A DNA stretch of 64,000 nucleotides from an uncultured Trueperaceae bacterium. GTDB taxonomy: Bacteria > Deinococcota > Deinococci > Deinococcales > Trueperaceae. The stretch lies in NCBI GenBank assembly GCA_963799485.1, contig CAWCXJ010000007.1:384001-448000 (forward strand), in the 5' to 3' direction. Of the stretch, positions 28,500-37,321 are shown one piece after another. The notes beneath the pieces are model-generated. The model was not told the DNA's origin, did no database searches, and saw nothing but the letters and a program-made list of their open reading frames with translations. Position 1 is the first letter of the stretch, and every line of letters begins with the position of its first letter. The translations under genes and the position numbers were made by a program.

Positions 28500-28709
28500 G
28501 GGGGAGCCTTGACGCCGGGAAAGATAGTGGGAGACGAATCAAGATGTCCAGCCGTTCCCGGTCGTTTGCACGCTCCAAAAGATATGTGTTTGTTATGCTC
28601 AGCGTATCTAGGGGCGCTTTACTCAAACGCCCGATTGGCTTCAAGTAAGCTACGTTGCGCCGCCCTGCAACAACTGGCGGCAACTGAAAGTGAAATGACT
28701 GAAGGTGAG

Positions 28710-30821
28710 ATGACCTATTCGTTCGACGTTTTCGATACCTGCATCGTCAGAACCTGTGCGCGGCCTACCGACCTCTTCTACCTGCTCGCTGAAGAGCTGC
28801 TCCAAAAGAGCGGTCAACCCTACGGACGTGAGGAAGTCGGTGAGTTGGCGGCGCTGCGGGTCGCTGCCGAAAAGCGGGCGCACAAGACGGTGCAAGCCGA
28901 GGAGATTACGCTCGCCGACATTTACGGCGGCCTCGAGCTTGACGGCTGGGGCTTTTCAGCCTGCGAAATGCAGGACGCGGAAGTGAGGCTCGAGCTCTCC
29001 GTCACGCGCCCGGTCGTTCCGGTTCGTACCCGCATCGAAGCGTTACAAAAAGCCGGTGAGCGCGTGCTGTTCGTCTCCGACATGTACCTGCCGCGTGAGG
29101 TCGTGCGGGAGATGCTTTTGCGCTGCGGCTACACTGTACCGGACGAAACGCTTTACGTCTCGAGCGACGTCGGCAAGACCAAACGCGCGGGCAGTCTCTA
29201 CCGTCACGTTCTGGAGAAAGAAAATATCAGCGCCCGTGAGCTGCGGCACTGCGGCGACGGCGTGGAGAGCGACTTTTTGGGGGCGCGTAAAGCCGGCGTC
29301 CGTACCGAACTTTTTACGGGAACGCAGCTCAACCGCTTTGAAAAGGCGATGCTCACCGTGCCGAGCCGGTCGCCGTGGGCGACCTCGCAACTTGCCGGAA
29401 TCGCGCGGGTCACGCGCCTGAGCGTCCCTGACGAGGGGACACTTGCGGGCAGTGTAGCGCTTGCCGCGAGCGTCGTCGCGCCGCTGCTGGTCGGCTTTGT
29501 GACGTGGGTGCTGCAAGACGCCAAAGCTCGCGGTCTGAAACGGCTTTACTTTGTCGCCCGTGACGGGCAGGTGTTGCACAAAATCGCCCAGGCGCTCGAA
29601 CCCGAGCTGGAGGTTTGCTATCTTTACGGTTCCCGGCAAGCGTGGTATATCCCGTCGGCGTTCGCGGTGAGCCGCGAAGAACTCGAGTTCGTCCTCATGA
29701 CCGGGCAGTCGTCCGCGCCGCGTCACAACCTGAAGCGCCTCAACCTGACTCCGGAGGGGCTCGGCGGCCCGTTGCTACGGCACGGTTTTCCTAAAGAGAC
29801 GTGGGACGCGCAACTTACGGGTGAAGCCTACGGGCGGTTCTGGGCGTTTCTCGAGGACCCCGAAGTCGCGCCGCAAATCGCCCTACAAGCCGAGTCGGCG
29901 CGGGCGGCGGCGCTGGCATATTTCGAGCAAGAAGGACTTTTACGCGATGAGCACTGGGCGCTCGTCGATGTGGGTTGGACGCTCCGCACGCAGGGCTCAC
30001 TGCACAAGATTTTGGTTTCGGTGGGGCAGCCGCACACGTTTGGTTACTATCTGGGGATTTCCCAAACGCGCTTCTCGTCACGCGCGTACGGTCAGGGGCA
30101 GGCGTACCTTTTAGAGGAGGCTGAAAACGCAGCCCTGACCCCGGTACGCACCTTGTTTGAAAACAAAGGGCTTATCGACCAGGTTTTTACGATGGCCGAT
30201 CACGGCAGTACGAGCCGCTATGCCTGTGTAGACGGAAAGGTGGAGCCGGTCCTCTCGAAACTTCCGAATCATCCCCGGCGCGAGGCATTTTTACGCACTG
30301 TTCACGAACTCGTGACCCGGTTTGCCGAAGAGTTGGCGCAAAGTCCGGTCAAAAATTACGAACCCGAACTCAGAGCCTGCGCGCGGCTCGTCACGGGGAT
30401 GCTGATCGCCGAACCGACGCGGGCCGAGGCCCAGGCGCTCGCCTGGGCACCCATCAGCGACGACCCCAACGAACTGCGGGCCGCGCCGCTTGCCAAACCG
30501 CTCTCGGCGGGCGACCTGTTCGGTATCGGCCGAGACGTGTTCGGACGGGTACGGAAGCTGCGGGGGGGCAAGGCAGATACGGCAGAAAATCCAGCGAAAA
30601 AGGCAGCAGAGAACAAAACCGTCCCGACGCTCTTTTATAAAGACCTGTCGTGGGGGTTTTCGTGGCTCGAGGGCTCCGTCGCTATGTCCGGGCCGCTCGC
30701 CAAACTCGCCCTTAGAGGCTTTCGCACCCTGCAATATGTGAGCCGCGAGAAAAAAACGCTCGCCGCCAAACCCGTCACGGCGTGGCAACGGCTGAGACAG
30801 CTGCGGGGGCGGCGTGGCTAA
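28710..30821 (+). CDS. Large HAD-superfamily protein (polysaccharide-locus type, COG5610-like)
   Basis: SFDVFDT motif I, VSDMYL, GKTK, HCGD; second domain with YFVARDG and VDVGW. Confidence 0.8.
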   Translation: MTYSFDVFDTCIVRTCARPTDLFYLLAEELLQKSGQPYGREEVGELAALRVAAEKRAHKTVQAEEITLADIYGGLELDGWGFSACEMQDAEVRLELSVTRPVVPVRTRIEALQKAGERVLFVSDMYLPREVVREMLLRCGYTVPDETLYVSSDVGKTKRAGSLYRHVLEKENISARELRHCGDGVESDFLGARKAGVRTELFTGTQLNRFEKAMLTVPSRSPWATSQLAGIARVTRLSVPDEGTLAGSVALAASVVAPLLVGFVTWVLQDAKARGLKRLYFVARDGQVLHKIAQALEPELEVCYLYGSRQAWYIPSAFAVSREELEFVLMTGQSSAPRHNLKRLNLTPEGLGGPLLRHGFPKETWDAQLTGEAYGRFWAFLEDPEVAPQIALQAESARAAALAYFEQEGLLRDEHWALVDVGWTLRTQGSLHKILVSVGQPHTFGYYLGISQTRFSSRAYGQGQAYLLEEAENAALTPVRTLFENKGLIDQVFTMADHGSTSRYACVDGKVEPVLSKLPNHPRREAFLRTVHELVTRFAEELAQSPVKNYEPELRACARLVTGMLIAEPTRAEAQALAWAPISDDPNELRAAPLAKPLSAGDLFGIGRDVFGRVRKLRGGKADTAENPAKKAAENKTVPTLFYKDLSWGFSWLEGSVAMSGPLAKLALRGFRTLQYVSREKKTLAAKPVTAWQRLRQLRGRRG

Positions 30822-31911
30822 ACGCGTTTTGTTCCTCCTCACCGGGCTCTATCACAACGGCGCAGTGCTCAGTACCCTGACGACCATCAAGCACCTCGAC
30901 CGGACGAAATTCACCCCCGAACTGTTCGTCTTAGAACCCGGCGAAGCGTGGCCTGAACTGCTCGAGAACACGCCTGTTACTTACGGTTTGAGACCGGGCG
31001 AACAGGTCAGGGCGCACGTGCCGCAAGTCTTGATGCGGCTCTGGCGGGTGTTGCGGCGGGCGGACATTTTGGTCGGCGGCCTCGAGATGACCCCGACCTT
31101 TTTGGCTATTTTGCTCGGTAAGCTGACCGGCAAACCCGCCGTGGGGTTCGTGCGCAACTCGCTCCCGGAACTCTTAAAAAGTATGCCGGGCCGCTACGCT
31201 ACGCTTACGAAGCGCCTCTATCCGGGGCTGGCGCGGGTGGTCGCGATTTCGAGCGGGATTCAGGAGAGCGTCGAACGTCTTATCCCGGCGCTTCAGGGAC
31301 GGGTACGGACGGTGCATATCCCCCTCGAGCTGGGTAAGGTGACAGACCGTGCGTCGGAGCCGCTGCCTGATGCCCCAAAAGAGCCGTACCTCGTCGCGGT
31401 AGGGCGGCTCGAGCCGCAAAAAGGCTTTGACATTCTCTTGCGCGCCTACGCTGAGCTGCGTAGGCGCGGCGTCACCCTACCGCTCGTGATTGTCGGTGAG
31501 GGCAAAGACAAGACGAAGTTGCACGAGCTGGCACAATCTCTAGGGATTGCCGAGTGTGTCGTCTTTACCGGCTTTCAGGCGAATCCGTACCCGTGGCTGG
31601 CGGGGGCCGCGGTGTTCGTCTCGAGTTCACGCTTTGAAGGTTTTTGCCGCGTGATTGCTGAAGCTTTAGCCGTCGGGACGCCGGTCGTCGCCACCGATTG
31701 CCCGAGTGGGCCGGCAGAGGTACTCGAGTACGGCCGCGCAGGCATTATCGTTCCAAATGAAGACGCGTCTGCGCTCGCTGACGGTATCCATAGGCTGCTT
31801 AACGATAAAGCTTTGCAAGACAAACTGCGCACTTACGGGCCGCTAAGAGCAGCAGCGTTTACCCCGGCCTCGACAGTGCGGGCGTTCGAGGATGTGCTGA
31901 GTGAGGTATAG
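30814..31911 (+). CDS. Glycosyltransferase family 4
   Basis: VGRLEPQKGFD, SSRFEGF-x-EAL-x-GTPVVATDCPSGPAE. Confidence 0.92.
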   Translation: MAKRVLFLLTGLYHNGAVLSTLTTIKHLDRTKFTPELFVLEPGEAWPELLENTPVTYGLRPGEQVRAHVPQVLMRLWRVLRRADILVGGLEMTPTFLAILLGKLTGKPAVGFVRNSLPELLKSMPGRYATLTKRLYPGLARVVAISSGIQESVERLIPALQGRVRTVHIPLELGKVTDRASEPLPDAPKEPYLVAVGRLEPQKGFDILLRAYAELRRRGVTLPLVIVGEGKDKTKLHELAQSLGIAECVVFTGFQANPYPWLAGAAVFVSSSRFEGFCRVIAEALAVGTPVVATDCPSGPAEVLEYGRAGIIVPNEDASALADGIHRLLNDKALQDKLRTYGPLRAAAFTPASTVRAFEDVLSEV

Positions 31912-31956
31912 AACTGAAGCTACGTACTGTTGCCGTAAGGTCGATAGGAGAGAGCT

Positions 31957-32919
31957 GTGAACGTCCTCATAACGAGTGCGGGCAGGCGCGTTTCGCTGCT
32001 GCAGGCGTTTGCTCGAGCGGCGCACGCGCGTGGTGCAAAAGCCTTCGCCGGTGACGCGAGCAGCCTCGCTCCGGCGCTCTATAAGGCCGACGGCGCGTTT
32101 CGGTTGCCGCCGGTCAAAGCTGAAAGTTACGTCCCTGAACTGCTCGAGCTGGTTTCCGCACATAACATCGGCCTCATCGTGCCGACGATTGACACCGAAC
32201 TCGAGGTTTTGTCTACCAACATTCAGACCTTCGCCGACGCCGGCTGCCGGGCGCTCGTCTCGAGACCTGCTTTCGTCGCCCTGAGCGGCGATAAATGGCT
32301 GACGCAAAGGGCGTTTGCCGAACACGGTATCGACGTGCCGCAAGGCTGGACGGTGGACGAACTCGGGGGCGCAGCCCTACCCGAACAGCTCTTTCTGAAA
32401 CCGCGCGACGGTTCCTCGAGCCGTGACATCTACCGCGCCACCCCCGACACCCTGACGAGCATCCTCGCCCGCGTGCCGAACGCCATCGTGCAGGAAGAGC
32501 TTTCCGGCCCTGAAATCACCATCGACGCGCTTATCGGTTTTGACGGCAGACCGCTCCACTACGTCCCGCGTGTCCGCATCCGCACCTTAGCCGGTGAGTC
32601 GATCCAGGGCGTGACCATCGCCGACGATGACATCCGGGAGTGGCTGGGTCGGTTGCTCGAGGCTGCTGCCGAACTCGGCGCGCGCGGCCCGATTACCTTG
32701 CAGGCATTTTTAACCGAACGTGGCCCGGTGCTAATCGAAGTCAACCCGCGTTTCGGCGGCGGTTTTCCGCTCGCCTACGCTGCGGGCGGACATTATCCGG
32801 ATTGGCTTCTGGCGGTGTTGCACGGCGAAAGGCTCGAGCCCAGCCTCGGCGCGTATACGGTCGGACTCTACATGACCCGTTACAACGTCGAGCATTTTAC
32901 AACCGAGCCGCTCTGGTGA
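31957..32919 (+). CDS. ATP-grasp protein (carbamoyl-phosphate-synthase-like)
   Basis: NVLITSAGRR, PTIDTEL, DKW, LKPRDGSSS, IEVNPRFGGG. Confidence 0.88.
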   Translation: MNVLITSAGRRVSLLQAFARAAHARGAKAFAGDASSLAPALYKADGAFRLPPVKAESYVPELLELVSAHNIGLIVPTIDTELEVLSTNIQTFADAGCRALVSRPAFVALSGDKWLTQRAFAEHGIDVPQGWTVDELGGAALPEQLFLKPRDGSSSRDIYRATPDTLTSILARVPNAIVQEELSGPEITIDALIGFDGRPLHYVPRVRIRTLAGESIQGVTIADDDIREWLGRLLEAAAELGARGPITLQAFLTERGPVLIEVNPRFGGGFPLAYAAGGHYPDWLLAVLHGERLEPSLGAYTVGLYMTRYNVEHFTTEPLW

Positions 32920-32926
32920 GTTTTCG

Positions 32927-33619
32927 GTGAACTCGGCACAAGCTAAACTAGGCGTCGTTCTCGACCTCGACGATACACTTTACTTGGAGCGCGACTACGT
33001 TAAAAGCGGGTTTCGGGCTGTGGCTGAAACCGCCGTAAAAGGCACGAGCGTTAGCGCAGACGAGGCGTTCAGCTTCCTCTGGAACGGGTTTTTGGAGGGC
33101 TCGAGGGGCTCGAGCTTCGACGCGCTGCTGAAACGTTACCCGGAACTTCAAAGTGACGTGGCGACGCTGGTAAAGCGCTACCGAGAACACCTGCCCGACA
33201 TCAGCTATTTGCCGGGAATCGAACCGCTTTTAGCTGAATTGCGAAGCTTAAATGTCCCGCTCGCCGTGATTTCAGACGGGCCACTCGTCAGTCAGGAAGC
33301 CAAGGCCGAGGCGCTCGGCGTGTCCCGCTACGCCGCCCCGGTTGTCTTGACCGACGCCTGGGGGCAAGCTTTCTGGAAACCGCATGTGCGCGCGTTCGAG
33401 CACGTCGGTGAGGCGTTCGGTTTACCTCACGAAAAGCTTGTCTATATCGGTGACAACCCGCTTAAAGATTTTCACGCACCCACGGTTCTCGGCTGGCGGA
33501 GTGTGCGGCTGCGGCTGCCCGAACAGGTGCGCGAAAAACTGCCGCACGACGCTGTGCCACCAACCTGGGAAGTCGGGTCGGTTGAAGAATTACGCTGCTG
33601 TCTTCTCGCGCTGCTCTAA
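32927..33619 (+). CDS. HAD family hydrolase
   Basis: DLDDTLY, ISDG, KP, YIGDNPLKDF. Confidence 0.88.
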   Translation: MNSAQAKLGVVLDLDDTLYLERDYVKSGFRAVAETAVKGTSVSADEAFSFLWNGFLEGSRGSSFDALLKRYPELQSDVATLVKRYREHLPDISYLPGIEPLLAELRSLNVPLAVISDGPLVSQEAKAEALGVSRYAAPVVLTDAWGQAFWKPHVRAFEHVGEAFGLPHEKLVYIGDNPLKDFHAPTVLGWRSVRLRLPEQVREKLPHDAVPPTWEVGSVEELRCCLLALL

Positions 33620-33933
33620 AGTTCGCGCAAATCTTCTAGAACCTGCCAGCCTACACCGGGCGGCGTGGTCTCGAGCTTTTTCTGCAACACTTCAGCGAGC
33701 CACGGCGTCAGCCCTTCGGGATTTTCGGAGCGGGTCAGCACCGTAAACTGAAAGATGTGCTGCGTCGCGGCTAGGGTGCCGTCGTCGAAAAAGGTAAACG
33801 GGGGCCGCACTTCGTCCCACAACACGTGGATATCGGGCTCGAGCGTCCGGGGCAAGTAATCGCCCAAGTCGATGGCGGCGTCTTTTGGATACCAGATATA
33901 CCCCTGCAACAGCCGGGTCGCCTTTTTGCTCAT
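33616..33933 (-). CDS. DUF3208 family protein
   Basis: LLQGYIWYP, PPFTFFDDGT, TPPGVGW, EDLRE; ATGA overlap with the upstream HAD gene. Confidence 0.75.
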   Translation of the reverse strand: MSKKATRLLQGYIWYPKDAAIDLGDYLPRTLEPDIHVLWDEVRPPFTFFDDGTLAATQHIFQFTVLTRSENPEGLTPWLAEVLQKKLETTPPGVGWQVLEDLREL

Positions 33934-34538
33934 GGCAAAAGCAGGTCGGGCAAAAGGTTTTGCCACGCAGCGGCAAAGCCGTCGTAAGTCTCGAGTAAAA
34001 GTCCCTTATACCCGAGCGCTTCGCACGCGGCGATGTTGTCCGGGTTGTCGTCGATAAAAACGGTTTCTTCGGGCGGACGCCCCAGCACCTCCGTAAGCGC
34101 CGCAAACGCCGCCGGGTCGGGTTTACGCACCGTGATTTCGTTGGAAAAGACGAAGTGCTGAACCCTCGCCATTCGCGGGTCGTCTCGCACCCCGTCACAG
34201 AGTACCTCGACGTTATTTGACAAGATACCGACGGTGTAGCGTTCGGGGATGCTCGCCAATACGTCGTACATCTTCTGCCGGTCAACGACCGAACCGAGAA
34301 ACACGTCACTGAATTCGGGTGCACTTAAAGAGCCACCGGCTTCGGTAAGGAAGCGCTCCGTAAACGTCTCGAAGCCGAACGCCCCCGCCTCGAAGTGCTC
34401 CATGAGCGGAAAATACACCTTGGCGACGTCGGTTTCAGCGACGTTGGCCCTGGCAGCCAAATTGCGAACAGCCGACGAGTCGAACGTACCCTCGGTAAAG
34501 ACGCCGCCCCAGTCGAAGGCGATAGCGGTGATAGACAT
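33930..34538 (-). CDS. HAD family phosphatase
   Basis: FDWGGV, LSN, RKPDP, FIDDNPDN. Confidence 0.88.
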   Translation of the reverse strand: MSITAIAFDWGGVFTEGTFDSSAVRNLAARANVAETDVAKVYFPLMEHFEAGAFGFETFTERFLTEAGGSLSAPEFSDVFLGSVVDRQKMYDVLASIPERYTVGILSNNVEVLCDGVRDDPRMARVQHFVFSNEITVRKPDPAAFAALTEVLGRPPEETVFIDDNPDNIAACEALGYKGLLLETYDGFAAAWQNLLPDLLLP

Positions 34539-34602
34539 GCTTCAAGATACCTTACGCAGCGTTTTGTGTTGTGGATTTGTGTCGTGGACTCGAGGGTGCG
34601 CG

Positions 34603-35397
34603 CTAAGCTTGCGCCCGTTGGCGGTAACGTGTCGTGCCCTCTTTCTTGTACCACGCAAAGAATGTGAGGATAAACGGCAACCCGAAAGCTATCAACCCAC
34701 CGAGCTTCATCAGCGCCCCGCCCATCGTCTGATCCATCCGTGCGTCGCCGAACATCACCTGTGGCGCGTTGGCGTAGGTTGGGTAGAGCGCGTGGTCGGC
34801 AAAGGTTACGGCGGCAAAGACAGGCAGCTGCGCGACAGGCAGTAAAAAGAGGTAGATGAGCGCCCCTGCGTGCGAGAGACGCGGCAGCTCGGGTAGCGGG
34901 CTCAGCAGCGGCCACCAGAGCAGCAGCGCGGTAAAGAGGAACAGCGCGTGTTCGGTGTGGTGAACGAGCGAGTTTGCCAGCGCGCCTTCGTAGATGACCG
35001 GAATGTGCCAGAGCGAAAAAAACAGGCTGAAGACAAAAAATGTAACGACGGGGTGGGTCAACGTCTTGGCGACAGGTTTGAGGCGGGGGTGTAACAGCGG
35101 ACGCACGAGCCAATCCGGAAGGCCGCACAGCAGCAAAATCGGGACCACGTAGGCGAGCAGCATGTGCTGCACCATATGGGCGCTGAACGAGTACAGTTCG
35201 GACAGATCATGAAGCGGCGAGCTGTCGGTCAGGTAGAGCAAAACGACCGCGCTATAAAAGTAAAAAGCTTTACGGCGAGAAAACGCCGTGCCCGGTGCGT
35301 AACGCTGCCGCAACGGGCCGGTCAGCAAAAGATACACGAGTGCCAGCGTGACGAGCCCACCGACTAAAACAGGATCGAAAACCCAGCGTCCGGTCAT
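34603..35397 (-). CDS. ctaG: Cytochrome caa3 oxidase assembly factor
   Basis: SPL, FSAHMVQH, WHIP, DQ-x2-GGALMK; last gene of the cta operon. Confidence 0.9.
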   Translation of the reverse strand: MTGRWVFDPVLVGGLVTLALVYLLLTGPLRQRYAPGTAFSRRKAFYFYSAVVLLYLTDSSPLHDLSELYSFSAHMVQHMLLAYVVPILLLCGLPDWLVRPLLHPRLKPVAKTLTHPVVTFFVFSLFFSLWHIPVIYEGALANSLVHHTEHALFLFTALLLWWPLLSPLPELPRLSHAGALIYLFLLPVAQLPVFAAVTFADHALYPTYANAPQVMFGDARMDQTMGGALMKLGGLIAFGLPFILTFFAWYKKEGTTRYRQRAQA

Positions 35398-35399
35398 GA

Positions 35400-36575
35400 T
35401 CAGGGTAGATTCAGAGTCTGACGGAGTTCGTAAACTTGTTGTGAGCTGAGCCCGGCGTCACGTTGCGCGGCAATATCCTGGGGCGTAAAAGCCGGATAGT
35501 CGGCGGGCATGGCGTCGGCGTTCCCCCAGTCGCTGAGGATGTAGTTCAGAACGTTCGCCAAGTCGTCGTCGGAAAGCTGTGCCCACGCGGGCATGACACC
35601 GTTATACACTTGTCCCTCCGCGTTGATTTCGCCTTGTAAACCGTAAAGTAGCAGCTTTTCCAGGTAATCTCGTCCACCTTCGGCGTTGGCTAGTTTGGGC
35701 GCGTGTCCGACGAGCGGCGGAAAAGCTCCTGCCACGCCCTGCCCGGTTGCCTGATGGCACGCGGCACAGTTGGCTGTGAAAACGCCTGCACCGGCGCTGA
35801 TGTCGGCGTCTGCCAGCAGCGGACCACCCCCGGCGTTGCCTGCGGGGGCGGCGTTCTGCGCAGCTGCCTGCGTGGGTTGGGCAGGTTGTGCTGCTTGAGG
35901 GGTCTGTTGAGACGCGGCGGGCTGCTGCGCCGTCGGTTGGGTAAACGGGTCGGGGAGCGTGACGGCGGCGGGCGGGGCTGCTAGCGGAATCCCGGCAGGT
36001 GTGCGTTTGCCGCGGCTGGTCGCTGCCAGCTGGGTGGGCCCGCCACTATCTACAACACTCATACCCGCCAAAATTTGACCTTCGGGGGCAAGGTCGATGA
36101 CGCTGACATCGAGCGTTTTAGGAGCCGGATACTCGAAGCGGTGCGCCATCGTCGGCTCGGCTCCGGCGTCGGACGCTTCGGTCTCAGCCTGAAGCTGCTC
36201 TTCTTGCTGCGGCGTTTGGGCCGCTGCAACACTCCGAACGGTGAAGAGCGCGGAGAGGGCGAAAAGGGTACCGACGGCGATAACCATGCCAGAGGTGAAA
36301 AAGCCTGTAAAAGTGCGGTCGTCTTGTTTCAGGTGCATAAAAAACATTACCACCATCACGAACTTCACAACTGAAAGGCCGATTAACAATAGCAAGATGG
36401 TGCTGCCGCTCAGCCCCGCAAACCAGATATCTTGGTACTCGACCAAAGCGAACTCGAGGTAGGTGATCGCGCCCAAAACGAGCGCGATAAAGATGTAAAA
36501 CAGGACGCTCGAGCCCTCGTGCTTATTATGTGCGTCGTCGTGCCGTGCTTGATCGTTTTTGGTATTCTTGGCCAT
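35400..36575 (-). CDS. Cytochrome c oxidase subunit IV fused to a C-terminal cytochrome c552-like domain
   Basis: N-terminal three TMs with KFVMVVMFFMHLK; P/A/Q linker; CAACH, GAFPPL, GLQGEI...YNGVMP. Confidence 0.85.
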   Translation of the reverse strand: MAKNTKNDQARHDDAHNKHEGSSVLFYIFIALVLGAITYLEFALVEYQDIWFAGLSGSTILLLLIGLSVVKFVMVVMFFMHLKQDDRTFTGFFTSGMVIAVGTLFALSALFTVRSVAAAQTPQQEEQLQAETEASDAGAEPTMAHRFEYPAPKTLDVSVIDLAPEGQILAGMSVVDSGGPTQLAATSRGKRTPAGIPLAAPPAAVTLPDPFTQPTAQQPAASQQTPQAAQPAQPTQAAAQNAAPAGNAGGGPLLADADISAGAGVFTANCAACHQATGQGVAGAFPPLVGHAPKLANAEGGRDYLEKLLLYGLQGEINAEGQVYNGVMPAWAQLSDDDLANVLNYILSDWGNADAMPADYPAFTPQDIAAQRDAGLSSQQVYELRQTLNLP

Positions 36576-36691
36576 AACCTTCTCTACAGCTCCCTTTATG
36601 TTGCAAAAAACGTCAACATCATCTTGGAATGTGCGTGCTAGTCAGCAAAGCTAAGACTGAGTGCGTTCTCGACCAGATGACACCTGCTGTC

Positions 36692-37321
36692 CTAAATAAA
36701 CTCGACCAGATAGACCGCCGTAAAAATGACGATCCAGACAATATCGACGAAGTGCCAGTAGAGTCCGGCAATCTCTACGCTCAGCGCGTCACGTTCGGTC
36801 ATGGGGCGGATGTACGACAAAATCAGCAGTGACAACAGCCACAGCACCCCGACGGTGACGTGAACACCGTGCGTGCCGGTCAGGGTAAAAAAGGTGCTGC
36901 CGAACAGGTTTTGCTGGAGCGTCAAGCCCTCGCGGACGAACTGACGGAATTCGTAAACCTGAAAGCCCAGGAAGATCGCGCCGAAAAATGCGACGCCGAA
37001 CGTCCACAAACGAAACTTGGGGATGTCGCCCAGGCGGATGGCGTGGAGCGCCAAAACCATTAAAAAGCTCGACATCAGCAGCACAAAGGTGCTGACGGTC
37101 GTCAGCGGGATGTCCAGCACTTCGGCCGGATACGGCCCCGTGAGGCTGCGCCCGTTGTAGACCAGATAGGTCCCGATGAGCGCCGCAAAAAACATACAGT
37201 CGGAGGCCAAGAAAAGCCACATCATCAGCTTACGGTCGGAGAGCGGGGTACTGCGGTGTTCGGCACGGTGTTCAACAGGGTGTTCGTGTGCCGGTGTTGC
37301 CCCTTGTGCTTGACTGCTCAT
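36692..37321 (-). CDS. ctaE: Cytochrome c oxidase subunit III
   Basis: WLFLASD, FFTLTGTHGVH, YWHFVDIVW. Confidence 0.93.
   Translation of the reverse strand: MSSQAQGATPAHEHPVEHRAEHRSTPLSDRKLMMWLFLASDCMFFAALIGTYLVYNGRSLTGPYPAEVLDIPLTTVSTFVLLMSSFLMVLALHAIRLGDIPKFRLWTFGVAFFGAIFLGFQVYEFRQFVREGLTLQQNLFGSTFFTLTGTHGVHVTVGVLWLLSLLILSYIRPMTERDALSVEIAGLYWHFVDIVWIVIFTAVYLVEFI

Noticed and set aside
28509..28709. N-terminal extension of the 770-aa HAD ORF (likewise the extensions of both fabH genes, nfuA, fabD, ctaC and cysK)
   Set aside because: Recognisable domains, RBS or -10 boxes point to downstream starts
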